From Prolixibacteraceae bacterium (GTDB lineage Bacteria; Bacteroidota; Bacteroidia; Bacteroidales; Prolixibacteraceae), in contig DATCHD010000023.1 in NCBI GenBank assembly GCA_036508555.1, positions 833-64,832 on the forward strand: 64,000 nt of DNA, written 5' to 3'. This document shows, one piece after another, positions 25,508 to 34,902 of the stretch. Position numbers and translations under genes: made by a program. Position 1 is the stretch's first letter. Each line of letters opens with the position of its first letter. Under the pieces are notes generated by a model, which made no database searches, had not been told where the DNA came from, and worked only from the letters and a program-made list of their open reading frames with translations.

Positions 25508-27049
25508 ATGAAGAATACCCAGAAATTGTTGATCACCATCCTCCGCGCTGCCATTGGATGGCACTTCCTGTATGAAGGAATTTCCAAAATATTGCAAGAT
25601 AACTGGACAGCCGCCGGTTTTCTGCGCAATACCTCTGGCTTCTTTTCCGGGTTTTACCATTTCATTGCGGCCTCACCGGCAATCTTAAAGTTTACGGATA
25701 TCATAAATATGTATGGTCTGCTGTTCATCGGACTGGCGCTCTTCATCGGATTTTTCAGTCGTTTGGCATCGCTCTTCGGCGCCGCACTGTTGATTCTTTA
25801 CTATTTTGCTTATCCCCCTTTTGGCAATCCGATGCTCAATCCGGCCGACGGACACCTCTTTATTGTCGACAAAATCTTCATCGAAGCGGCCATCCTTATC
25901 TTCCTGTTTATCTACCGTGAAAGCGGTTTTGGGCTCGATCAGCTGATCTTACACTGCCATGAAAGCCGTAAAAACCTCAAGAAGGAACCACAAAGCAGTG
26001 CTTCCCGCCGGGAGGCGATCAAAAATCTGGCAACAATTCCCGCCTTAGGAGTCATCGGCTGGGGCGCCATGCATAATCTCAAAACCTACGGCGTCGATGT
26101 GATGACCGGCGCCACCATTCAGGTAAAACAGACCGCACTGACCGAGCTTAAAGGCGATCTACCCAAAGGAAAAATCGGGAAGCACGAGATCAGCCGGCTC
26201 ATAGCAGGTGGCAACCTGATCGGGGGATGGGCTCACTCACGCGACCTGATCTATGTCTCCACCCTCTTCAAGGCATACAATACAGAACAGAAAGTGTACG
26301 AAACGCTGATGCTGGCCGAGCAAGCTGGTATTAACACCATCAATATCGGCTTCGCCTCGAATCCGCTGCTGGAGAAATACAAGAAGATGACCGGGAGCAA
26401 GATCAAGGTGATCACCCAGGTACATCCTCCGCTTGACAATATGAAGCTTTCGGCGATCGGGCCCAATACCGATCCAAAGTCGTTTTTTACGAACATCGAC
26501 AGAGCCATCGATTATGGCGTAGATATCATTCAGGTTCAGGGAAACTGGTGCGACTGGCTGGTTCGAGACAAGAAGCTGGAGGTCATTCACGAAATGCTGG
26601 AACACATTCGTAGTCAGGGTTATCCCGCCGGACTGGGGGCACATTCTGTCGAGTCGCTTATAGCCTGTCAGGAACAAGGCATCATCCCCGATTATTACAT
26701 GAAAACCATGCACCACGATCAGTACTGGTCGGCCCATCCACGAGAAAACCGTTTCCCGTTTGAGGTCGACGGCAAGGAATACCTCGATCATAACCGCTTC
26801 CACAACAACATGTTCTGCCTTTTCCCGGAGCGAACGGTCGAATTTCTCAACCAGACCAAGGTTCCGGTGATGGGATTTAAAGTCCTGGCAGCCGGCGCCA
26901 TCGAACCGGAGGACGGTTTCAAATGGGCCTATAACAATGGCGCCGATTTCATCTGCGTCGGGATGTTCGATTTTCAGGTCGTCAGTAACGTCAATACAGC
27001 CATCGACTGCCTGAAAACCGTCACCAGAACCCGTCCGTGGTGCGGATAA
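25508..27049 (+). CDS. DoxX-family membrane domain fused to an uncharacterised ~330-aa extracytoplasmic domain
   Basis: MKNTQKLLITILRAAIGWHFLYEGISKI... is a DoxX 4-TM domain. It is followed by SRREAIKNLATIPALGVIGWGAM, then DVMTGATIQ and a long soluble domain. Alternative upstream starts lie at 25442 (ATG) and 25391. Confidence 0.7.
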   Translation: MKNTQKLLITILRAAIGWHFLYEGISKILQDNWTAAGFLRNTSGFFSGFYHFIAASPAILKFTDIINMYGLLFIGLALFIGFFSRLASLFGAALLILYYFAYPPFGNPMLNPADGHLFIVDKIFIEAAILIFLFIYRESGFGLDQLILHCHESRKNLKKEPQSSASRREAIKNLATIPALGVIGWGAMHNLKTYGVDVMTGATIQVKQTALTELKGDLPKGKIGKHEISRLIAGGNLIGGWAHSRDLIYVSTLFKAYNTEQKVYETLMLAEQAGINTINIGFASNPLLEKYKKMTGSKIKVITQVHPPLDNMKLSAIGPNTDPKSFFTNIDRAIDYGVDIIQVQGNWCDWLVRDKKLEVIHEMLEHIRSQGYPAGLGAHSVESLIACQEQGIIPDYYMKTMHHDQYWSAHPRENRFPFEVDGKEYLDHNRFHNNMFCLFPERTVEFLNQTKVPVMGFKVLAAGAIEPEDGFKWAYNNGADFICVGMFDFQVVSNVNTAIDCLKTVTRTRPWCG

Positions 27050-27070
27050 TCAAAATTAAAAATACTTCCA

Positions 27071-27625
27071 ATGACCGATCAGATTCAATTAATTGCCTCA
27101 CGAATCAAGGAGCTCCGCGAGATTTCTGGTATTTCGGCCGAAAGCTTTGCCAGCGAGCTGCAGGTTGATGCAAAACTCCTGCATAGCTACGAAAGTGGTA
27201 CTACCGATATCCCGGTAGGGTTCCTGTACAAAATAGCCCATCGTTTCAACATGGAACTCTCCGCACTCTTGCGTGGTGAACAGCCTAAATTGCATGTATA
27301 TTCTGTCGTCCGGAAGGGGAAAGGGCTAAATGTGGATCGCCGCAAACAATATACTTACGAAAACCTGGCTTGGAATTTCATCCACAAAAAGATCGAACCA
27401 TTTATCGTTACTGTGGCCCCTTACCAGGAAAACCGCACTCCGGAGTTTAATTCTCACCCCGGACAGGAGTTCAATTATGTACTTGAAGGGATCCTGATGG
27501 TCATCGTCGATGGTCATGAGATCACTCTGAATGAAGGCGATTCGATCTACTTCGATTCGGGTTACCAGCATGCCATGAAAGCCCTCAACAACCAACACTC
27601 CCGCTTCCTCGCCATAGTCACCTAA
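27071..27625 (+). CDS. XRE-family HTH transcriptional regulator with C-terminal cupin domain
   Basis: HTH: [32 protein letters not shown]. Cupin: [41 protein letters not shown]. Confidence 0.85.
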   Translation: MTDQIQLIASRIKELREISGISAESFASELQVDAKLLHSYESGTTDIPVGFLYKIAHRFNMELSALLRGEQPKLHVYSVVRKGKGLNVDRRKQYTYENLAWNFIHKKIEPFIVTVAPYQENRTPEFNSHPGQEFNYVLEGILMVIVDGHEITLNEGDSIYFDSGYQHAMKALNNQHSRFLAIVT

Positions 27626-27657
27626 TCGTCTTTCGACCTTCGATCCTTCGGCCTCTC

Positions 27658-27768
27658 CCGGTCCCTGAGCCTGTCGAAGGGCCCTTCGGCAGGCTCAGGG
27701 ACCGGAAGCTCGCTCCTGCGGATTTGCAATCCGCAGGCAATTTTTCACTTTTCACTTTTCACTTTCTT
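27658..27768. repeat. Mosaic intergenic repeat: 48-nt nested palindrome (family B), 23-nt palindrome (family A), and three TTTTCAC heptamers
   Basis: ccggtccctgagcctg-tcgaagggcccttcgg-caggctcagggaccgg (27658-27705). cctgcggatttgcaatccgcagg (27715-27737). ttttcac x3 (27742-27762), then tttctt and ATG at 27769. Confidence 0.9.
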
Positions 27769-29424
27769 ATGTTAGATAAATACCTCACCCAAACATCCTT
27801 CCAAACCTACCAGGATTTCACCGAGAACTTCAAGATCCACATCCCTGCCAATTTCAATTTTGCCTTCGATATAGTGGATGAAATAGCCATGAAGACCCCC
27901 GAAAAGATCGCCATGGTCTGGTGCAACGACAAGGGTGAAGAGGCAATTTTCACGTTCGGTCAGATGAAAAAGCAGAGCGACAAGGCGGCTAATTTCTTTC
28001 TGTCGGCGGGTATAAGCAAGGGCGATCCGGTGATGCTGATCCTGAAGAGGAGGTACGAATTTTGGTTCTGCGCTGTGGCACTTCATAAGATCGGTGCTAT
28101 CACCATCCCGGCAACACACCTGCTCAGTACCAAAGATCTGGTCTACCGCAACAATGCCGCCGATATTAAAATGATCGTCTGCGTCCCGGAAACCGAAGTG
28201 ATACAGCATGTAGAGGAGTGTGAAGAGAAGTCGCCGACCTTAAAGACGAAAGCTTTGATTGGGCTGGATCGCGAAGGATGGCTCAACTTTAACACAGGGA
28301 TGGAAAACAGTCCGGCAGAATTTGCCCGTCCACAGGGTGATCAGGCCTCGAAAAACGACGACATCATGCTCCTCTATTTCACCTCTGGTACTACGGGAAT
28401 GCCCAAGATGGTGAATCACAACTTTATGTATCCTTTGGGACATATCCTTACCGCAAAATATTGGCAGAACGTACAGGACGACGGACTGCATTTCACGGTT
28501 GCCGATACCGGCTGGGCCAAATCAGCCTGGGGAAAACTCTATGGTCAATGGCTCTCCGGCAGTGCCGTGATGACTTACGATTATGATAAGTTTGTCCCCA
28601 AAAACCTGATGGAGGTCATCGAGAAATACAGGGTTACAACCTTCTGTGCCCCTCCAACCATCTACCGTTTCCTGATTAAGGAGAATTTAAGTAAGTACGA
28701 TCTGGGTGCCCTGAAATATTGCGTCGTGGCAGGTGAGCCTCTTAATCCTGAGGTATATAAGCAATTTTTGGAGGAGACAAGTATCAAGCTGATGGAAGGT
28801 TACGGGCAGACAGAATGCACGGTGGCCCTCGCGACTTATCCCTGGATGGATCCAAAACCGGGCTCCATGGGGAAACCTTCTCCCGGCTATCATATTGATC
28901 TGCTGGACGAAAACGGAATTTCCTGCGAAGTGGGCGACGAGGGACAGATCGTCATCTATACAGACCAGAAGCCGACAGGGATGTTTAACGGATACTACCG
29001 CGACAATGAGCTTACCAGGAAAGTCTGGCACGACAATATCTATTACACCGGCGACATGGCCTGGCGGGATGAAGACGGATATTACTGGTTCGTCGGCCGA
29101 GCCGATGATGTGATCAAGAGTTCAGGTTACCGGATTGGTCCCTTCGAGGTGGAGAGTGCCCTGATGGAACACCCGGCCGTGCTGGAGTGCGCCATTACAG
29201 CGGTGCCCGATCCCGACCGCGGACAAGTAGTAAAAGCCTCCGTCATCCTGTCGAAAAACTACCATGCCAGTGATGAACTGGCTAAGGAATTGCAGGAACA
29301 CGTCAAAAAAGTGACCGCCCCATACAAATATCCACGCATCATCGAGTTTGTCACCGAGTTGCCCAAGACCATCAGCGGTAAAATCAGGAGGGTGCAGATC
29401 CGGGAAGGAGACAATAATGTCTGA
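27769..29424 (+). CDS. AMP-forming acyl-CoA synthetase (medium-chain type)
   Basis: Adenylation motifs [51 protein letters not shown]. The track ORF start at 27724 lies inside the repeat, so I take the true ATG as 27769. Confidence 0.88.
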   Translation: MLDKYLTQTSFQTYQDFTENFKIHIPANFNFAFDIVDEIAMKTPEKIAMVWCNDKGEEAIFTFGQMKKQSDKAANFFLSAGISKGDPVMLILKRRYEFWFCAVALHKIGAITIPATHLLSTKDLVYRNNAADIKMIVCVPETEVIQHVEECEEKSPTLKTKALIGLDREGWLNFNTGMENSPAEFARPQGDQASKNDDIMLLYFTSGTTGMPKMVNHNFMYPLGHILTAKYWQNVQDDGLHFTVADTGWAKSAWGKLYGQWLSGSAVMTYDYDKFVPKNLMEVIEKYRVTTFCAPPTIYRFLIKENLSKYDLGALKYCVVAGEPLNPEVYKQFLEETSIKLMEGYGQTECTVALATYPWMDPKPGSMGKPSPGYHIDLLDENGISCEVGDEGQIVIYTDQKPTGMFNGYYRDNELTRKVWHDNIYYTGDMAWRDEDGYYWFVGRADDVIKSSGYRIGPFEVESALMEHPAVLECAITAVPDPDRGQVVKASVILSKNYHASDELAKELQEHVKKVTAPYKYPRIIEFVTELPKTISGKIRRVQIREGDNNV

Positions 29425-29458
29425 TTTTAATAGGAACGCAGATTCTCGAGAATTCTAT

Positions 29459-31996
29459 TTACCTGGACCTGAATACCTTATAAAACTCAAACCAGATAAT
29501 GCTGGAAGTTCCGGCAGCGACGCAGATGATCGCTTCGACAAAGCTGATTCTCTCAAACTGAAACAGGTTCAGCAAAAAGGGAACATTCAATGTCAGCAGC
29601 AGGAATCCAATGGCACCACCTACAACCCATTTTACTGTTTTGTTGGTCGTTACCAGTATCTGAAAAATATTTCGTGACCACGAACGATTCGAAAGAATAA
29701 TGGCAATATTGGCTGCAATCAGGGTAGTAAATGCCAGTGCCCGGACCTCTTTTTCAGAGTAATTGAGTCTTAGTCCTATGAGGTAAACGGCAAAAACGAT
29801 GACCAGAATCCCGATTCCCTGTGAACAACTTAGCCAGATCTTTTTTGCCCCGAAGAATGGATCATCGAAAGCTTTGGGTGGCCGATCCATCACGTTTCTC
29901 TCTGCCTTTTCAGCTTCAAAGATGACAGAACAGGCCGGATCGATGATCAGCTCGAGAAAGACAATATGAACCGGCCATAAAATCAGCGGCAAGTTGGAGA
30001 AGAATACTGGGATAAGAGACAATCCGGCAATTGGTACGTGAATGGCAAAAATATAGGCCAGTGCCTTCTGCAGGTTGTCGAAAATACGTCTTCCCATTTT
30101 CACCGCCCCGACAATCGAGGCAAAATTATCATCCATCAACACCAGAGAAGAGGCTTCACGGGCCACGTCGGTACCTTTTTCACCCATCGCGATTCCGATG
30201 TGGGCGGCCTTCAGGGCAGGGGCATCATTCACTCCATCGCCCGTCATGGCCACTATTTCATTATTTCGCTTCAGGGCATTGACGATCTTCAGTTTCTGCT
30301 CCGGAACAACCCGGGCAAATACATTCACCTCCCGGATACGTTTGCACAACTCCTCTTCCGACATCGCGTGTAACTCCGGTCCGCTGATAGCCACATCCGA
30401 GTTTTTCAGCCCAATCTCTTTTGCAATATTCATGGCTGTCACAGGATAGTCTCCGGTAATCATAATCACCCTAATGCCGGCTTTGTAGCATTCTGCAACC
30501 GCTGCGGGAACGGTCTCCCTGATTGGATCTGACAAGGCAATCAACCCGATAAATTCAAACTTAAAATCGTGCTGGATATCAGGTAAGTTCTCGCTTCCAA
30601 TCATCGACTTCGCCACTCCGAGCACCCTCAGCCCATCGGAAGCCATTTCGGAGATGGCCGCTTCGTAGGTTATCTTCCGTTCCTGTGACAGGTGACAAAG
30701 ATCGAAAATTGCTTCCGGGGCACCCTTGGCTGCAATCGTCTGCTGCTGATTCTCCGAATTGGTAAAAACACGCGACATCGCCAGTAACTCTTTAGACAAA
30801 GGATATTCTTTGACCATCTGCCAGTCGGTATGGATATGCTCAGTGTTTTTCAGGAACGCCTCGCCCATGACGGTAATGGCTTTTTCCATCGGATCGAAAG
30901 GATTGGTCTGACTCGACAGGATGCCGTATTCAATTATTTCGTGAAATTCTTCAGGGAAAGGTGTTGAATGATTGACTTTATTGAAGTTGTTGCCGTTGTA
31001 TAATCTGCTGACCGTCATTTTATTCTGCGTCAGCGTCCCGGTTTTATCGGTACAGAGTACGGTTGCGGAACCCAGGGTCTCTATCGCCGATGGTTTCCTG
31101 GTAAGAACATTTTTCTTAGACATCCGCCAGGCTCCCAGCGCCATAAAAATAGTGAGCACTACCGGGAATTCCTCAGGCAACATGGCCATTGCCAGCGTAA
31201 TTCCCACAAGGAATCCTTGTAATAAATCGCCGCGGGTGAGGGTAAAAACTAGGATCACAATCAGACAGAGTGAAACACCGATGATGGCCAGTCTTCTGAC
31301 CAGGATGCCCATCTCGGTCTTGAGTTTAGTAGGTTCTTCCACAACAGAGTCAAGCGCCTTTCCAATCTTTCCGATTTCTGTATTGGAACCGATAGAGGTG
31401 ATCCGTACCACCCCATTACCCTGTACAATCATCGATCCGGAATAGACGAATGGCAGCTCATCACCACCGGGTTGACAATAAATATCAGTCCCATTCCATT
31501 CGGACTTGCTAACCGGTACGGACTCCCCGGTCAGGAGCGATTCATCGGCCATCAGGTTGACGGAATACAGGACCGTTGCATCTGCCGGTACCCGGTCGCC
31601 TTCCTGAAGAACAACCAGATCGTCGGTCACGACTTCTCTTCCTGCAATACGTTTTTCAATTCCTTCCCGAATCACCAAAGCCCGGGGACTAGCCAGATCT
31701 TTCAGGGCATCCAGCGCTTTTTCCGTCTTCTTTTCCTGGTAAAATTCGATACCCATAATCACGAAGACGAAACCCAGTAACATTAGTCCTTCCTGCACGT
31801 CACCTAAAACCAGGTAAAGCGAACCGCAGGCAACCAGCAGTATAAACATAGGCTCTTTGACGATAACCCATGCAAGAGCCAGAAAATTTTTGGGTTTTGA
31901 AGAGGGGAGTTCGTTAAGACCTTCCTTCGCCTGCTTCTCTGAGACAGCAGACGCACTCAATCCTTTGAATCTTTGCGAATTTATATCGAATGCCAT
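29459..31996 (-). CDS. Cation-transporting P-type ATPase (P2-type, Ca2+/Mg2+-like)
   Basis: CTDKTGTLT phosphorylation site, TGES actuator motif, MITGD, MTGDGVNDAPALK, and about 10 TM segments. Confidence 0.9.
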   Translation of the reverse strand: MAFDINSQRFKGLSASAVSEKQAKEGLNELPSSKPKNFLALAWVIVKEPMFILLVACGSLYLVLGDVQEGLMLLGFVFVIMGIEFYQEKKTEKALDALKDLASPRALVIREGIEKRIAGREVVTDDLVVLQEGDRVPADATVLYSVNLMADESLLTGESVPVSKSEWNGTDIYCQPGGDELPFVYSGSMIVQGNGVVRITSIGSNTEIGKIGKALDSVVEEPTKLKTEMGILVRRLAIIGVSLCLIVILVFTLTRGDLLQGFLVGITLAMAMLPEEFPVVLTIFMALGAWRMSKKNVLTRKPSAIETLGSATVLCTDKTGTLTQNKMTVSRLYNGNNFNKVNHSTPFPEEFHEIIEYGILSSQTNPFDPMEKAITVMGEAFLKNTEHIHTDWQMVKEYPLSKELLAMSRVFTNSENQQQTIAAKGAPEAIFDLCHLSQERKITYEAAISEMASDGLRVLGVAKSMIGSENLPDIQHDFKFEFIGLIALSDPIRETVPAAVAECYKAGIRVIMITGDYPVTAMNIAKEIGLKNSDVAISGPELHAMSEEELCKRIREVNVFARVVPEQKLKIVNALKRNNEIVAMTGDGVNDAPALKAAHIGIAMGEKGTDVAREASSLVLMDDNFASIVGAVKMGRRIFDNLQKALAYIFAIHVPIAGLSLIPVFFSNLPLILWPVHIVFLELIIDPACSVIFEAEKAERNVMDRPPKAFDDPFFGAKKIWLSCSQGIGILVIVFAVYLIGLRLNYSEKEVRALAFTTLIAANIAIILSNRSWSRNIFQILVTTNKTVKWVVGGAIGFLLLTLNVPFLLNLFQFERISFVEAIICVAAGTSSIIWFEFYKVFRSR

Positions 31997-32033
31997 AAGC
32001 TGATCACTTTTAAATAAGTACCATGGTATTTTA

Positions 32034-32041
32034 CAAATTTA
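32034..32041 (-). promoter_or_regulatory. Candidate -7 promoter box (TAAATTTG) for the P-type ATPase gene
   Basis: The reverse strand reads TAAATTTG (TAnnTTTG consensus) 38 nt upstream of the ATG. This is a motif match only. Confidence 0.3.
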
Positions 32042-32111
32042 CAATTTTTTGAAGATCAGTACAGGTTGTAATTAATATAATATTAGCACTTTCATGCGTT
32101 TATATTTTGTC

Positions 32112-32180
32112 TTTCAATGGTCGCATGGAATACCCACATAATCATTTTCGGTTAGTCCCGACAAGTCGGGATGGGTATTT
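32112..32180. repeat. 69-nt structured repeat, family D, copy 2
   Basis: See 23051-23119. The inner hairpin here is a perfect tcccga-caag-tcggga. Confidence 0.7.
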
Positions 32181-32318
32181 CAATCGGAATTTTGCCCTTT
32201 TGTCTGTTATAATTTCGATATAAATAGGCAAAACGTCGGTAAAAACCGCCAAACAGTCGATCCTGGTTTCAAAGGTGGTGAGCTTGGTGTTAATTTGCTT
32301 CAAATTGAAAATCATGTT

Positions 32319-33656
32319 ATGAAGACAAAACAAACAAATTTAATTATTACCGGACTCCTAATGCTCCTGTCAGGATATTCAGGCAATGCACAGGGAAAGT
32401 CCTGGAAACTGGAAGAATGTATCAATTACGCCCTTAACAGGAACATCCAGGTACAAAAAGCTGACCTGTCCAACAAACAAAATCAGCTTTATTCCGAGCA
32501 GGCTCAGGCCAGCCGTTTGCCTTCTCTTAACGCTTCTGTCAGCCAGAACTTTAACTGGTACAAAGGATTCGATTCAACTACCGGACAATACGGTAGCAGT
32601 AATGGTTCAAACAGCACAAACTATTCTGTCAATTCGAATGTCGTGCTGATTAATGGCGGGAAGGTTTCCAACAAGATCAAACAGGCTGAAATCAACCTGT
32701 CGAGTGGACATTATTATTCTGAGTCAGTCAGGGAATCCGTCGGATTGAATATTCTGAACGCCTACCTGCAGGTACTGTATGGTTATGAAAATGTAAGCAA
32801 TGCCGAAAAACAAATTGAGTCGACTACAGAACAACTTGCCCTCGCGAAGGAACGCGTGGATCTGGGAGTCATTTCTATGGCTGATTACCTGCAGATCAAG
32901 TCCGAACTTGCAACTGAGAAATCAACCCTCGCTACCGCTCAGAGTCAGTTATCAATCAACAAGGTAACCCTCATGCAACTCATGGAACTGCCTGTCGAAC
33001 AGGGGTTTGAAGTTGTCAGGCCGAATCTGGACAGTTTGCTTATAAAATCCGACCTACCCAATGCACAGGAGATTTATAATATGGCGATTGGAATTAAACC
33101 ACAGATCAAAAATGCGGAATTGAACAAGGAGAGCGCAGCTATCAATGTGAATATCGCGAAAGCCGATTACCTGCCATCGATTTCAATGGGTGTTGGTCTG
33201 TCGACAGGGTATTCCAGCCTGTTACGAGGGACTGACTATTCCAGCCAGCTGAAGGATAAAATCAATCCTTCAATTGGTTTATCGCTATCCATACCAATAT
33301 TTCAGAAAAAGCTGGTAAAGACTAATGTCGGAGTTGCCGGTATTGCGGTCTCCAATGCGGAACTAGATCTCATCAACACCAAAAACACGCTCCGGAAGGA
33401 GATTGAACAGGCGTGTGTTGATGTTGAATCAGCCAGAACGGAATATGCTGCCGGGCTGGAAGGACTGCAGTCAAGCAGGGAGTCTTATAATGTTACAGAC
33501 GAAAAATTTAAGGTTGGATTGCTGAACTCAGTCGATTATTTAGTCCAGAAAACCAGCCTGATCACATCCGAAAGTAAATTACTTCAATCCAGATTTAACC
33601 TGATTTTCAGTTATAAAGTTCTTGATTTCTACAAAGGAATCCCGCTTGTACTCTAA
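32319..33656 (+). CDS. TolC-family outer membrane efflux protein
   Basis: Signal peptide MKTKQTNLIITGLLMLLSGYSGNAQ, the typical LEECINYALNRNIQVQKADL start, and two coiled-coil repeats. Confidence 0.85.
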   Translation: MKTKQTNLIITGLLMLLSGYSGNAQGKSWKLEECINYALNRNIQVQKADLSNKQNQLYSEQAQASRLPSLNASVSQNFNWYKGFDSTTGQYGSSNGSNSTNYSVNSNVVLINGGKVSNKIKQAEINLSSGHYYSESVRESVGLNILNAYLQVLYGYENVSNAEKQIESTTEQLALAKERVDLGVISMADYLQIKSELATEKSTLATAQSQLSINKVTLMQLMELPVEQGFEVVRPNLDSLLIKSDLPNAQEIYNMAIGIKPQIKNAELNKESAAINVNIAKADYLPSISMGVGLSTGYSSLLRGTDYSSQLKDKINPSIGLSLSIPIFQKKLVKTNVGVAGIAVSNAELDLINTKNTLRKEIEQACVDVESARTEYAAGLEGLQSSRESYNVTDEKFKVGLLNSVDYLVQKTSLITSESKLLQSRFNLIFSYKVLDFYKGIPLVL

Positions 33657-33680
33657 AAAATATTTCAAATACATATTACC

Positions 33681-34898
33681 ATGAAAAAGAAGAATATAAT
33701 CATTGTCTCGGCTTTAACAATTATTGTCTTTGCCGTCCTCGCCTTCACGTTGCTGAGGAATACGGATCAAACCTATTCCTTCGAAACTGTAAAAGTTGGC
33801 AAGGGAACCATTAGTAACACCATTACTGCCACCGGTACGCTGGAGGCAATTAAAACTGTCTCCGTAGGAACTCAGGTTTCAGGAGTGATTGAGAAGATCC
33901 TGGTGGATTTTAATTCCCAGGTAAAGAAAGGGCAACTGCTGGCGCAGTTGGATGAGACGCCGCTTCTGGCGCAGCTTGATCAGTCAAAGTCTACTGTTGA
34001 CCAGGCTGAGGCGCAGGTAAAGTACCAGAAGTCGACCTACGACCGCTACAAAATACTGATTGGGAAAAAACTGATTGCGCAATCCGATTTTGACCTGGCA
34101 GAATATAACTATAACAATGCCCTGGCATCTCTTAAAAATGCCAAATCAGTCTATGAGAAGAATAGGATCAATCTGGCCTATGCCCGTATCTATTCCCCGA
34201 TAGACGGAGTCATCCTTAATCGTGCGGTCGACGAGGGACAGACAGTTGCCGCCAGCTTCAACACGCCAACCCTTTTCACCATTGCCAATGACCTGACCCA
34301 GATGCGTGTGGAGGCGAAGGTAGATGAGGCCGATATAGGTCATGTCAATATGAATCAGCGTGTAGAGTTTACCGTTGATGCCTTTCCTGACTTGAAATTT
34401 GCAGGTTTTGTCTCCGAGATCAGGAAGCAACCAATCGTTACTTCCAATGTAGTGACATACACCGTTATCATTCAGGCGCCAAATCCGGAAACAAAGCTGT
34501 TGCCCGGGATGACCGCAAGCACTACCATTTACGTGAATGAGAAGAAGGACATACCCGTGCTTCCTGGTAAGGCTATAAGATTCACGCCTACCGAAGCGTT
34601 ATATTTAGGTTACCTGAAATCCCTGCCGGAGAGTGTACGAGGCGGAATGGCTCCCAACTTGCCGGTCGCCGCAAGGGGTGATCAGAAAAAAAGTTTCATT
34701 TGGACAAAAAACGGTCATGAAATTCAGCGCAAAGAGGTGAAGATCGGTGAGAATGACGGAATAAATTACGAACTGGTTTCCGGATTGAACGAAGGGGATG
34801 AAATTATTCTTTCCTTGGCGGCAGAGAAAGCAACCGCGACAACAAAAGTCGCAGCCAAGAGCCCGTTCATGCCCCAACGTCCGGGACAAAAAAAGTAA
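33681..34898 (+). CDS. Efflux periplasmic adaptor subunit (HlyD/MacA type)
   Basis: N-terminal TM helix, lipoyl-like motif (GTLEAIKTVSVGTQVSGVIEKILVDFNSQVKKGQLLAQLD), a coiled-coil hairpin, and ARIYSPIDGVILNRAVDEGQTV. Confidence 0.85.
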   Translation: MKKKNIIIVSALTIIVFAVLAFTLLRNTDQTYSFETVKVGKGTISNTITATGTLEAIKTVSVGTQVSGVIEKILVDFNSQVKKGQLLAQLDETPLLAQLDQSKSTVDQAEAQVKYQKSTYDRYKILIGKKLIAQSDFDLAEYNYNNALASLKNAKSVYEKNRINLAYARIYSPIDGVILNRAVDEGQTVAASFNTPTLFTIANDLTQMRVEAKVDEADIGHVNMNQRVEFTVDAFPDLKFAGFVSEIRKQPIVTSNVVTYTVIIQAPNPETKLLPGMTASTTIYVNEKKDIPVLPGKAIRFTPTEALYLGYLKSLPESVRGGMAPNLPVAARGDQKKSFIWTKNGHEIQRKEVKIGENDGINYELVSGLNEGDEIILSLAAEKATATTKVAAKSPFMPQRPGQKK

Positions 34899-34902
34899 AA
34901 AA

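Noticed and set aside
30031-31780. Forward-strand ORFs (83-157 aa) inside the P-type ATPase gene
   Set aside because: They are antisense to a gene with all P-type ATPase signature motifs. The sequences are low-complexity, with no independent support.
31997-32200. Metal (Mg2+ M-box or Mn2+ yybP-ykoY) riboswitch in the leader of the P-type ATPase gene
   Set aside because: I could not find the conserved cores of those families. The only structured element (family D) lies upstream of the best promoter box, and it also occurs next to an unrelated glycosidase gene.
32142-32333. 63-aa reverse ORF in the ATPase/TolC intergenic region
   Set aside because: It overlaps the family D repeat and the TolC start region. 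It has no recognisable features and is most likely non-coding.
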